A stretch of DNA of 61,770 nucleotides, filler included, from Jimgerdemannia flammicorona (Eukaryota): assembly GCA_003990765.1 (NCBI GenBank). It is 3 parts of 3 records of this genome, joined end to end, with 100 filler letters (N's around TTAATTAATTAA, not from the genome) between each part and the next. Parts side by side here need not be neighbours in the genome. Positions count along the whole stretch, not along the records: positions 20,629 to 41,152 come from RBNJ01001661.1; positions 41,253 to 61,770 come from RBNJ01001662.1; 1 more part is not named here. The stretch is one strand, 5' to 3'. Both the position numbers and the translations under genes were made by a program. Below, in pieces: positions 39,764 through 51,231 of this stretch (within the stretch, counting starts at the first letter, position 1; the number at the start of each line of letters is the position of its first letter). The notes below the pieces were generated by a model, which was not told where the DNA came from, made no database searches, and saw only the letters and a program-made list of their open reading frames with translations.

Positions 39764-40979
39764 ACTACCAAAACATAATATTTATATTTACGATATATAG
39801 AGCATGGGTTGAGCTTACTTGGGTAGAGCCAAGTTACAGGAACCTTTTGCTCACCGGATATTTGGAAAGGTTTGCTATTATCAAATATCAAAACAGTAAT
39901 GTCCCCATGGTCGAGAGAGATGCGGTGGGACTCTCTATTGGGTGGTCTTGTGTGAGTGATCATTTCAATCATTCGTTGTGAGGGTAGGCAATGCAACAAA
40001 GGATCATATATATGGAAGTATGGAAATGGCCGAAATTTGCCCACGTGATGGACGCGGATATTTGTTTATTCTAGACCCGCAGCCATGAACAATTGCTCAT
40101 CACCATCGCATAGTATTTCTCACGAGTAGAAGGGTCCTAACACATTGACTGGCATAGCTCTTGTCTTCACCGTGCACGAAAAGAAGTCCCCCCTCAGCTC
40201 ACAGAACGTGGCTCGGCTTGTGGGGAGCTTGGACAACTCCATTTTCAAGTGCATGTATGTATACGAGTACAACATGCGAAAGGGTGTGCGTGTGCGTATG
40301 TGTGTGTGTGTGTGTGTGAAAGGGGAGGAGGGGGGAGGGTTCTAGATAGGTGGGACGGTGTTGGGCGCAAGAGGAAAGGGTCAAGGCAGCCTGAAATAAA
40401 CAAAGAAAATAGAAATGCTCTAATTGAAACAAAGAAAAGGCTAAATATAAAAAGGCAAGAGGTCATTGCCAAGTAAGGAATGATGATAAAGGAAGGGGAA
40501 AATCTAGGGTAAATATATGGAACAGGAATTTCGACGGTCAAAATAAACGTGTAACCAAAAATGTGCAAAAAGAAAATAAAAGCCTCGACTGTTTCTCTAT
40601 ACGCTACCATCTACCACCCACCGCATCATAGAGAATGTTTCTACATGTGTGATCCAATTTTAATACATGTGGGGGGATAAGTAAAACAAGGAGGGAAAGA
40701 TATCATGTACCAAACACCAACCTTCCCAATCCCTCCGCGTGCCGGAGCACAGCTCAAGCACGCCCAAAGACCCGTACCCAGCACCGAAGAACAAAGCAGC
40801 CGGATGGATCTGAAGGGGACTTCTAATGTGTATGGTATATAGAAATAGTATTTATATATCCGACCGCAGCGACTTTGTGAGAGGCGGCGAAACACGCTAT
40901 GCCATTTCCCAGAACCATCTTCTCTCCTCTCGAATATTCGACAAGAACCGATCCACCGCGGTCGCACCCCTCGGCGCTC

Positions 40980-41087
40980 TCAGTAATTGAGCTCGCGCAG
41001 GAAAACGGTGTCGGACTCCTGTCGTGAGCTGGGGTAGTTGTTGTAGTCAGTGTTGCTGTTGAGCTTTTCCGCGAAGCGTTTGGAGGG
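40980..41087 (-). CDS. Terminal exon of an unidentified gene cut by the contig edge
   Basis: After a CAG acceptor the frame reads PSKRFAEKLNSNTDYNNYPSSRQESDTVFLRELNY*, with coding-like codon usage. Confidence 0.55.
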   Translation of the reverse strand, partial: PSKRFAEKLNSNTDYNNYPSSRQESDTVFLRELNY

Positions 41088-41152
41088 CTGTGGGGAAAGA
41101 GGGTGTAGAGTCAAGGACAATAACGGGAGGGGGTTTTTTTTTTTTTTTTGGA

Positions 41153-41252
41153 NNNNNNNNNNNNNNNNNNNNNNNNNNNNNNNNNNNNNNNNNNNNTTAA
41201 TTAATTAANNNNNNNNNNNNNNNNNNNNNNNNNNNNNNNNNNNNNNNNNNNN
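41153..41252. other. Artificial contig linker
   Basis: N44-TTAATTAATTAA-N44. Confidence 0.97.
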
Positions 41253-43028
41253 AAAAAAAAAAAAAAAAAACTCAAAAAGAAAAGAAAAGAAAAGAAAAAC
41301 ATGGCGTTATTTTACGAACGATAAACTTGTACGTAGCACCACATATTGATCAATTTAAAATCTTGTACTGGTCAATCGTTCGAGAGTGGTAGATGATCTA
41401 AGATTGGTGTCCCGACCAGGAGAAAATTTGACTCCTGAAATCTACGTAGCTGAACACCTTGAACGCTTCCATAAACACAGATACCTTGCTGGATACCCTA
41501 ATTTATCGGCACATTCGGTAAAAGTGTAGCACCGTACGACCCGTAACGGCAGTTTCCTTCTCACCCCTAATGCGCTTGAATTTATTTTCGTGGCTCCGCT
41601 CACAAAAGTCAATGCAGCTTTATTTTGGAAGGGCTCGATGCTCAGCACCAGCTTTTGGGTCGTCGGGTCGTAGTTACCTCAATCAAACATTGCATATCGG
41701 GGTTAATCGTGGACTGGTGCCTTTTCAACTACAGCACACGGGTTGTCCGTCGCTCGGCGCCAATGCCACTAGATCAGGTATTGGCCCGTCTGACATACGA
41801 TGTAAAACGCACAGATGCCCGAAATCACTAATTTAACATTTCACAGGACACAGGACACAGGGCGCCTAGCCCCCGTAACGTATTGACGTCAGGTAGAATT
41901 TGACCAAATAACATCGGATTGAAGACCTTAGTTAACCGGTTCATCCAGAAACCCGTTTCAGAAGTTCCGCAGCATCTGAGATTCGATGCCGATTTTAGGT
42001 ATTTGTATAATTCTGATTGATCCAAACCGACAACAGCGGATTAAAGTATTCATAGAATTCTGCGCAAACGATGAAGAGAAAAGATCGTGACTCCTATTCG
42101 GGAATCTTTTGATTTTACAAATTGAGTTATTTGGAAACCCGCGGATAGTGCTATTGTGCCTCGCCGCGATTGTTTCCGGGTCGATAGAAACTCACGGAAT
42201 CTGACTGATGGAGTGATGGCAATGACAAGTAATGCTGCACCTTCAGATATACTCATCAAGCATAGATATAGATACATGAACGCAAACGGAGCCAATAGCA
42301 GGAATTTAAGACGCCATCAGTGTGCGCTAGTTTGCAGTTTGTAGTTCGCAATGTGTGCCTTGGAATTCGAAGTCTAGTTATTGATGTTTCAATCCGTATT
42401 TTTACAATGTTCTAATCTTTTCTTATCCCGAACGCCACGGTAATTGCATGACGAAAATATCTCATTGAAGAACGTTCAAAGCCTTTTGACCAATTTCTTT
42501 GAGGTATGCATATCCGCACGACATGAGGGTGGCAGCAAAACTCCGCAGTGTAACCACGCGCTTCGCATAGCCCCTCTGTGCTTGGGTGAACTGCAAATGC
42601 GTCCAGCATTGCAGCGAATTATATCACGTAGAAGAAGCGTGTGTGCTGGTAACTCTGTATTACAAAGTGGATAGTGTGAGGGATTTTTCTTTTACCCTCG
42701 TGGCATGTTACCATGAGCCTAAAATTAGGTGAGCTACGAAGCTGTTTTGCTTCTGGTTTCGTAAAAGTCGTCACGTAAAATACCAGGATGATAAAGAGCA
42801 TAAAAAAGATTAGTAATTCCATCTGTGCAATTTTTCTTCGGCACACTGTACAACGTTTTCCCTTTTCGTTTCCGTGGTGAAGTCGTTGCAGTCATCTGAA
42901 AAAGATTCTTACGCACAATGTGTGTGGAATTTGCATTCAGCACACATCCAGTACAGAGCTTTGTGCAAAATGTGTGCACGAAATATTGGATGCAGGATCC
43001 GGGGCTGGATCCTGCATTGACTTAAATA

Positions 43029-44113
43029 TAGTGCGGACTTTGGTACCAATTCTTCAAAGAATCATTTTGTGCTGAATTGGTGCCAGATAATTATGTACAG
43101 AGATAATGCTAGATATAATTAGTACAAAGTTTTGCAAAGAATCTGCACAGCAAAAATATATGTGCTAGATACTGTGCAAAATTCTACACATAACATTCTA
43201 TTGCCAGATTTGGTGTGGGGTCCTTAGGCATGAGTTGTAATTACATCTAGATATAAATTGGCTACTGATACGGTTATTTGTAAATTCAAGCTCCACGGAC
43301 ATTATATTCAGATACCCAAACACCACTTCTAGAGAAAGTAACTGATCGCATGACTTCATTGCTCAGTAATCGTCACTCAGCAGTCGATCGCTGCTCAACA
43401 GTCCACCGTCCAATTCGTCGTCCATCGTCGCTCAGCAGTCCGTCGCTGCTCAGTCCATCATCATTCGTTCTTCAGTTCATTGTAGTCGATCATCCCGTCC
43501 ATCGTCCATTCCATCATTGCTCAGAAGTTCATCATCCAGTCCATCGCCACTCAGCAGTCCATCACCACCCAGCTGTTGACCAGTTATTCTTAGCTGATGA
43601 TGGTGTTATTACAGCTCTCATGGACTTCTTGGCTCACATTAACCCCTATGGTGATCATACAACACTTTGGGACAAGATAATTTGATGGCAATACAAGTGT
43701 GATGGGACGATATGATGGACTGATGGAGATCTGGTACAGGTGGATTGGAATAAGTTTGTATAGTTTCTGTATCTAAATATTTGCAACTTGTATCCTTTGC
43801 CTTTTATATGACTCAAATGCATGGAGCACATAATACAAATTCTTTTCAATAAAGCTATATAGTGTAGAATTCATATGCACTTACGTGCAGAGTCCGCACA
43901 TTATACATATTCTGTGCCTAATGCAGAATCCATACATATATATGTATAGGGTCTGCACACACTATTTGTACATATTCTGTGACTAATGCAGAATCTGTAT
44001 ACACGGATTTAGTACATAATGCAGAGCTTGCACATAATTATGTATGCAGATCCTGTATAGGGTCCGCAGGATTCTGAGTAGATCCCACACAGGATCGGCA
44101 CCGAATTCGACTA
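43029..44113. mobile_element. Possible non-autonomous TA-flanked (Tc1/mariner-like) DNA element
   Basis: Degenerate ~25-bp TIRs (TAGTGCGGACTTTGGTACCAATTC versus the reverse complement TAGTCGAATTCGGTGCCGATCC), TA on both sides, subterminal GCAGAATC/TGTGCA repeats and CpG depletion. Confidence 0.45.
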
Positions 44114-44812
44114 TATTTTGTTTATTACCTAGTTAGCTTGTCACCCGTTGTGCTTACAGCACCTATGTAACTACTATTCGCCATTAAGCAGGAATATAAA
44201 CACGATTTTGACGGTACTGGGGTGAAAATGTAAACCGCTGTCGTACTGGGGCAACAATTGAGATGAAGCACAAGGTGTGAGAATTGTGGTGAATAGTATT
44301 GTGCGAAACTTTGTAGATTGAGAATTTTGAGGGCGTATATACATGGTGTCACATAGTGGTCGCTGAGTCCTTCAAATACATCAGATTCTCTTCAAGGTAT
44401 ATCTCTTAGACTAACTCAAGTTTGTTATAAGCAAGTTCTTATTGGAGTGCCTTCCCAAGGTCTTATAGTCCTCAAACTTCTTATCTTTAAACTGTCTTGT
44501 TATCTCTTAGATTGCTTGCAAGGAAGTGTATATATTGCACTGAGAGGAACTGACTTTATTTCAGAGGAAATAAGAGGGGTATTTATATAAAATATAATTC
44601 AATGGTTGCTAAGATATAAAGCTAAATATAAATTCCAATAACTAAAATAAAATGTCAGGACAGAAAAACTGCCAAGTTCCAGGGTCAGTACTGATGGTTG
44701 TATAGGTTTAGGATGCTGGCATAATTTTAGTAGTATAGGAAAATAGTACTGGAATAATTCAGTATCACATCAGAATGCTGGTGCTAGAATAATTCAGTGT
44801 AACCAAAGAACT

Positions 44813-45655
44813 TTAGAGCAGAATGTTCAAGACCATAGGGGCTTCATCCTCATCAGAGATCAGAATGTCTTCAAAGGAGATGAGGTCTGCAAATTTGTTA
44901 TTATCACATAGGTTATATGTTTTGTGTATATTATATATCTCACATATATTGTGCAGGATAATGTCATCACTGATGATATCATCATGTTTGATGGTGGCAG
45001 GAATAAGGATGTCTGGGGCTCTCTAGTCTATGAGGTTCTCTTCCACAAAATAGGGGACAAATGTGGGGTCTTGGGGAGGTCTAACCTGGATGCTTGGGCC
45101 TTGGAATACTGAGATCAATTCTTGCAAGAATTGGTCTGGGTTGTCCTGGAGGATAGGATGCCAGAAGTCTTCTACTTCATCACTATTGAGAGTAATAGTA
45201 GACTGGGCTTCTGTAGCCACTCTGGCTTCTAGTGCATTGATACAGTGGGCTGACAGGTCCCTGAAGTCTGAGACTCTAATATACTCCAAGTTGGGGATTG
45301 ACTATAGTGCATGCCTGAAGATCTGATGGATCTTCTTAGCTGTCCTTGTTTTGTATATATCTATGAGAGTGGTATCTTATAGCTCTTGAGTGCTGGTCTG
45401 TGGGAACTTCTGGTAGAGGAGGTTTCCTATCTTATACTCCTGTCATATTTAGAGGCATTCAGTAGCAATAGTGATCCTTGTTTCCATTTTATAGCAGTAG
45501 AGGATATAATAATAAGAGTCACCAGTACCTAGGTTGATACTAGGAGTTCTTCTTGAACAGGTCCTCATGGCTCTTCTAATGTCTTGGAATATCCTTTCTT
45601 CAACTGAGGTACCTTGGTGATTTCTTGATCTTGAGGTTTAGTGAGTAGCAGACAT
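44813..45655 (-). pseudogene. Decayed ~280-codon ORF inside LTR-like element A
   Basis: One frame interrupted only by point-mutation stops: ...ERIFQDIRRAM...QEYKIGNLL...AKKIHQIFRHAL*SIPNLEYIRVSDFRDLS... ending in an acidic tail. Confidence 0.7.
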
Positions 45656-45799
45656 TTTGTTTATGGTAAGTCTTTGAGCTATTTTGGGATTGGTGGGTCT
45701 TATTGGTTGCTGCTACTGCAGTTCTTTGATCCTTCTTTTATATTTCTCAAGATACCCATACTGTGGTCACAATGACTCACAGTTAGTCATTATTGCTTA

Positions 45800-45882
<83 letters not shown>

Positions 45883-46759
45883 GACTCAAAGTCCTACAGA
45901 TTTTTATTAGAAGGAAATCTAGACTATATAGGTCAAAACCCTCTCCCACCACTCACCGAACAATATTCCCCCATTAACTTAGGCTACTAAATTGTCTAGC
46001 AGTCCCACTGCTCCAGCTATACCTATCAAACACCAGCTATATTGACCTCCATGACATAGACTAGACTTGTCTGCTTACCAGGGCTGGATCATCATTTATA
46101 CATGAGAGCACACCTATATGTTGGATCTAGCAGCACCAGGACTGAATAAAGAATAGCCCCCCAGACCCCAAAAGAAAGCCCGAGGCAAAGAAAAAACCCC
46201 CTAACTAACCAATAGAGAGTAGAGTAGATTCAAAGTAAGTAAGTAAAGGACTTACATACAGAACCTTCCACAAAGAACTTACATATAGGCTAGGGCCAGA
46301 AAAGATCCCACTCCCACTCTCTGAGCCTGTGGGTCTCAATCACATTGCTATGTCAGCTCTCAGTTCCAGTCAGATACAGCCAAATAAGGAAAGTTTCATT
46401 CCCCAAGTCTGTAGGCCTTGATTGCATTACCACATCAGCTCCTGGTTCCAGTTGGGTACAGCCAGGATACCGGCCCCTATACTACTCTACCCCCTACCAG
46501 CGAATCAAAAGGCCCCACCAAAATATTGTTTACCCTAGCCCTGATGACTGCCCCCAGCCTAGTATTCTACTAGTTCACTGTTATTGTCCTTCCTCTTATC
46601 TGTGACAGCCATCTCCCCTCCCATCCTGACAACATCCAAAAAACAGTCATCTATACCAGAACTGCACTTGCCGAAAAGCTCACCAAAGCCAGAGGGCCCC
46701 ACTACAGGCACTGAGGACCTACAGATAACCTATACTGAGTACTTGACACCCAAGATCAG

Positions 46760-48827
46760 TGTAAGAGGGTTGCTTTTTAGGATAATCGTTACATAGTTCT
46801 GGAAGGGTTTTCTGGAGGATCTGGATATTCTAGAAGACTGTTTTCTTATGATCAAGATCAATTTCGTATAGAGTATGTCCTCTATGCTTATTGATTTCAA
46901 AATCAGGTTGACGTCTCAACCAAAGTCCTTTTTTTGGACTAGTTCTAGATGTTCAGGATTTTCCGTATTTCAGGAAGTTCAAGAAACTAAGACCAGCTTA
47001 GTTGAATTGATATATCGCTGCAGACAATACTCAATTAAGAAATTTCGTGATGGGGTTAGGAGTGGGACCTAACGGCAAGCGGGTTTACTTAAGGGTGGTT
47101 TGTGGGTTATTTGAATAGGTTTATTTGCTATTTATGATATTGCTATACTAGAAGTAGTTGTGTGAAGGGATATTGTGGGAAAGTGTTCAGGAATGTTCTT
47201 GTGTGTTCAGGTCTGAGATTCTGAGGTCTGGGGGAGGGGGTATTTATACTAGTGAGGGACTATCTGGACTATGCTAGATATGGATGTAGCACTAAGTGCC
47301 TTGCTGAGTCGGAATACAGTCACATAGTACAAGTGTGATCTGACATGTCAAGAGATTGTCTGACTACTGAGTCAGTTCACAGTCATGTCATACAATGCTA
47401 ATCTAACTATACTATGACTGCTAGGCTATTTATGGGTTTAGGCACTATCTGGGTAGTCCTTGATGACATCACCATCGATTGCATCATCTCTGATGAAGTA
47501 GTCATCTAGGAAGAGTGGTTCGTGGATTACTTCTCCTTGTTTACTGAGATAGTAATATATTGGGACTTCATCACCATCCCACAGAATAGCATCATCTGTC
47601 TCATAGGCTAGATAAGGTGTTGGTGGATGAAGGATGGGTGTATTGTCTTTGCTTTCATTGGATTTGCTGTCTGCATATCTTCTATAGGTTACAGCACTAT
47701 AAGTTGCAGGATTGTAGTAAGCTGGCGGCTGTGGTTCATGTCACTTGTACTCAGGTAGTGGAGTGGTTGGTTCAATCTCGAGGGTTGTCTGGAGGTACAG
47801 GTTGTGTTCTCCAGTCTCTTCATTGTAGTTGAAGTAATCGGGGGTGAATGCGGGTTGGTATTCGTGCCAGTGGTCATTGTCCCAATAAGTCTCGTATGCA
47901 GTTATGAACTGTTATACATAAGTTCATCGGCAAGGTTGGTGGAGTGATCAGGGTTGGCAGAGATCCTTGGCTAGAGGTCATGTTGGTATCAGAGGGATTA
48001 TTGTCTTCTGCTTTGTCTTCATTGAAGTGGATTATATCATAAATATCTTCATGGCATATCCAACTTGGGGCATTTGCAAGATGTGATCATTGGGGTGTGG
48101 GAAGGTTCTGTCTGTGGTTTCAACATACTTGAGGTACTTATGGTTGAGTTCTTATATCATGTCATCGATTTGGCCATAGGACAGGGTAGCAACCATTTCG
48201 CTGATAATAACTCGGAGGTGGGGAATAATGGTACTGTACTCGTAGAAGAGTTCTCGATGTTTGCAGGCGATGAGCTTCTGGTGTTGAGACATCTGGGTAA
48301 TGTCTGTATTGTGGTGGTGTTTGACTATGTCTTTCAGGAGGTGGCCGATCTGATAGTAGTTTGAGATTTGTCCGATTCGGTAGGCCTCGCTAAGTATGTT
48401 CAGGGCATTCTATCAGGCTTCCACAAAGTAGAGGGGTGCTAGACTATGGATATTTATGAGAGACAGAGGGGGTATAGCTTGGTTGATAATGGCATTCCAA
48501 ATGTCAGTACAGATACAGTTATAGATCTTGGTGGTCATGTTTGTGTGTTTGGAAGTTGTGGTTGTTTGTTTGTTTTGGTTCTCTGATTCGATGCATCTTG
48601 GTGCTTAGTATATATACATTTGGTCCTGATTGGTAAGATTCCGTTTGTGTAAATCTTGTGTTCTGTGACTTTATATTGACTCAGCTTTGTGTGCTGTGAC
48701 TTCGGTTTGACTCAGCTTCATGATCAAGCAGGTGATTTCCAGATTTGTTCAGAGGTCATGTGTGATTTCAGTGGTTTGTTCAGAGGGTGACATGTAATTT
48801 CGGTGGCTTGGAGGTTGTGCACTTACA
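46760..48827 (-). mobile_element. Long solo-LTR-like element B (2068 bp)
   Basis: TGTAAG...CTTACA termini and a 5-bp TSD ATCAG/ATCAA; the host retroposon sequence resumes exactly after it. Minus-strand TATAAATACCCC at 47237-47248 is followed by AATAAA near 47120. Confidence 0.85.
47438..48538 (-). pseudogene. Decayed ~366-codon ORF inside LTR-like element B, homologous to the ORF in element A
   Basis: MTTKIYNCICTDIWNAI...NYYQIGHLL...ACKHRELFYEYSTIIPHLRVIISEMVATLS... ending in an acidic tail. Its own TATA-like TATATATA lies about 70 bp upstream. Confidence 0.7.
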
Positions 48828-50402
48828 ATCAACCAACTCCCTACATAGCCTGAGATACACCAAGACAGCACCTTATTGATAATGACAAAAGGAAGAAGGC
48901 ACTGCACTAAAATGAATACACTCCAGATACAGCTGAAGATACCAGAAACTGCAAAAAAGTAGAGAAGACACTGATCTGACACTAATAAAGAGGCAACTTA
49001 TCACTATTGCCTCTCTCCCACTACCCTACAATAGGTACAGCAAACTAACCTGAGGTAGAGGAGGTAATAATTGTGGAAAGTAGACTTAGAAGGTTGTTTA
49101 TCAAACCATTTTAACTGGTAAGGTAGCAGAGAAAGGGACCTGGTCATCATTACTCATCTTGTATGCCATATGATCTCCTTGTGCTTCAATCTGGTGGCTT
49201 GCAAGGAAAGGCTGTCTCCTGTGCTGATGTCATCATTCTGGGGTCACCATTACAATGGTTTGTCGCATGGAAGTACCTAGTGTGAGCACTGTTGTGGGTA
49301 TTTATGGAGGTGGAAGACGGAATTATTTCAGAAATTGTGGGGCATTCTTATTCAACTACCACGTATTCTCAAATATTTGCGCATGCTTCCCGACATAACA
49401 TTTGACTTGGGAGGAACTTCGCCATCAGAATTCTCGTCTGGGCTTTGCAACTGCGAAATGCACAGGTCGAAATGGAGCGCGGTGGAACACCTTGTGGCAA
49501 ACGTATATACATATTACACCGAATTAAAAGCATCAAGGTCGAATATGAGGTAAGGCATCACGCAAACGCTTTCTCTACATCGCCATCCATGAAATCAAAG
49601 CTCATGGTTTCCCCCTCTCCCCTCCCCTCCTCCCCCTGTAAAAAAAAAAAAAAAAAAAAAATTAATACATAAAGGAACCTTTGACGTTCTCAAATTGAAG
49701 GCCATTGAGAACAAATCCCGGGCTTCGTTAACGACGCTGGCTTTAGCTTTATCGTTTCCTGGTTTGAGCTAACCCAGAACAACAGGCTGCCTGCAGCACC
49801 ATAAAAATATCACTGTTTCTGACATCGGCCAAGACAAAGCTGAATGTCAAATGTTTGGGGTGGACCATGACCTCGGAAAACAGAGGTCAATTCCAGCCGA
49901 GGAAGGTGGAAAAGCTGAGATTCGTGATATAAAGAAAAATTGTATCATTGTCTGACATGATGGATACTTTGTACCTGAGCACCATAGGCGATTAGTTGAG
50001 TGTGCGGGATGATAATCTATTTCTGATCTGAGGTTTCTGATAGAATATATTGTGGTACATAACGCGGATGCGATTCAATGTAATCTTAATCGCAACTTTG
50101 CAGTTGGGCTCTCTAGGATTATTCGACATAATTCGTACTAGGTAAATACAGCAAACTCTTTACAACATATTATATAAGTGCATATCGACTTCACCATCCA
50201 CAACGACATAAATGTACATAGATAATAGCATGCAGCGAAAGCTGTTGTATGTAAACCGGTTAGTTTGCACCCGAAAAAGAAGTACAACACCCCGGAATCT
50301 GGACTCGAACAAATCTCTTTGACGAGTTTCGGGAATAAATTGACAAAAAATATTGTTCTAATAGTCTAATGTCAGGAATTTGGAAATACGTGAAAGGTCG
50401 GT

Positions 50403-51231
50403 TCAAGAATTATTCTTCTTCGCCATCGCCGTCAAGTTGGCATTGGTTTCGGGGGCATTCCATTGTTGGAACTGAAAATTGCGTGTTAAATTTTACGATT
50501 TTGGTCTCAACTAAAATCAGAGGATAAGCATAAACTACAAACCCAATAGCGTTCGCCGCCGTCCACACAGGGGCGCATGTAGGCACTGGACAACGTGATT
50601 AAACGCATTCTCAACTCCAATTAATGCCCTGGTTGCGCGCAATAAATATGCAGAGGCGAACAGAGATCAAGGCTCACCTATCTCTATTGGCGTGATTTCC
50701 TGTAACGCATTGTCCATTATATGTGTTTCCAGGAGCTACGAGGCGGATGCGACCTCGGCTGTTATCCGTCGGATCTAGTTCATACGTAAACCCGACCGCC
50801 TGAGAACCCATGCCAAGCCAGCTGTCATTCCTGACGTACACCCTAGCGGAATATACGTAAACCTGGTTAGGAGAGGGTGCAGCAGTACGTACACCTACTA
50901 TGAAACGGTCGAACTTACTTTGCGCCGTTCCTGTATTTTATCGCCCATCGTCCAAGAGATGAATCGTAATACCAGTTGTAATTTTGATTCCCAGAGTTTG
51001 CGTTGCAATCGTTTATCCGGACTAGCTCGTTTCCACCGAAAGAATCAAAGCATTTCAATCCTGAAAACAGCTGGTGTTCAATATGGCATGGACTAAAACT
51101 AGCCCCTTTGACACTCGCACGTTATCATACTCACCGGCAGGCGAGAGATTAATAAAATTGTCCGCTTTCGCTTCACGAACGCCATTCGCGGCAAGGTAAA
51201 CAAGGACGACGATGCTGATCAACGATTGCAT
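50403..51231 (-). CDS. Secreted ricin-B (beta-trefoil)-like lectin, 5 exons, ~170 aa
   Basis: Manual splicing gives an open frame: signal peptide MQSLISIVVLVYLAANGVREAKA-DNFINLSPA / GLKCFDSFGGNELVRINDCNANSGNQNYNW... / ...GRIRLVAPGNTYNGQCVTG... / AYMRPCVDGGERYW / FQQW... All introns are GT-AG and a TATA lies near 51300. Confidence 0.75.

Larger units (their letters stand above)
45802..49142 (-). mobile_element. Non-autonomous ~1.2 kb poly(A) retroposon, copy 2 (split by element B)
   Basis: Poly(T) at 45802-45878. The body at 45879-46759 plus 48833-49142 is homologous to 4352-5520. 16-bp TSD GTCATTATTGCTTATC / GTCATCATTACTCATC at 45786-45801 and 49143-49158. Confidence 0.88.
44347..49254 (-). 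mobile_element. Long solo-LTR-like element A (~1.55 kb without nested inserts)
   Basis: TG...CA termini and a 4-bp TSD ATGG (44343-44346 and 49255-49258). Minus-strand TATATAAATACCCC at 44576-44589 is followed by AATAAA near 44555. A second copy of its end lies at 1-175. Confidence 0.8.

Noticed and set aside
42990..43017. Hairpin ATGCAGGATCC-GGGGCT-GGATCCTGCAT as a Helitron 3' end or terminator
   Set aside because: There is no CTRR terminus at the expected distance, and it lies among TE subterminal repeats.
1..44523. A giant inverted repeat (1-175 versus 44347-44523) bounding a 44-kb element
   Set aside because: The two copies lie on different artificially joined contigs.
44347..49254. Ginger-type DNA transposon reading (TGT...ACA ends, 4-bp TSD)
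   Set aside because: There are no TIRs beyond 3 bp and no integrase motif. The TATA/AATAAA layout fits an LTR better.
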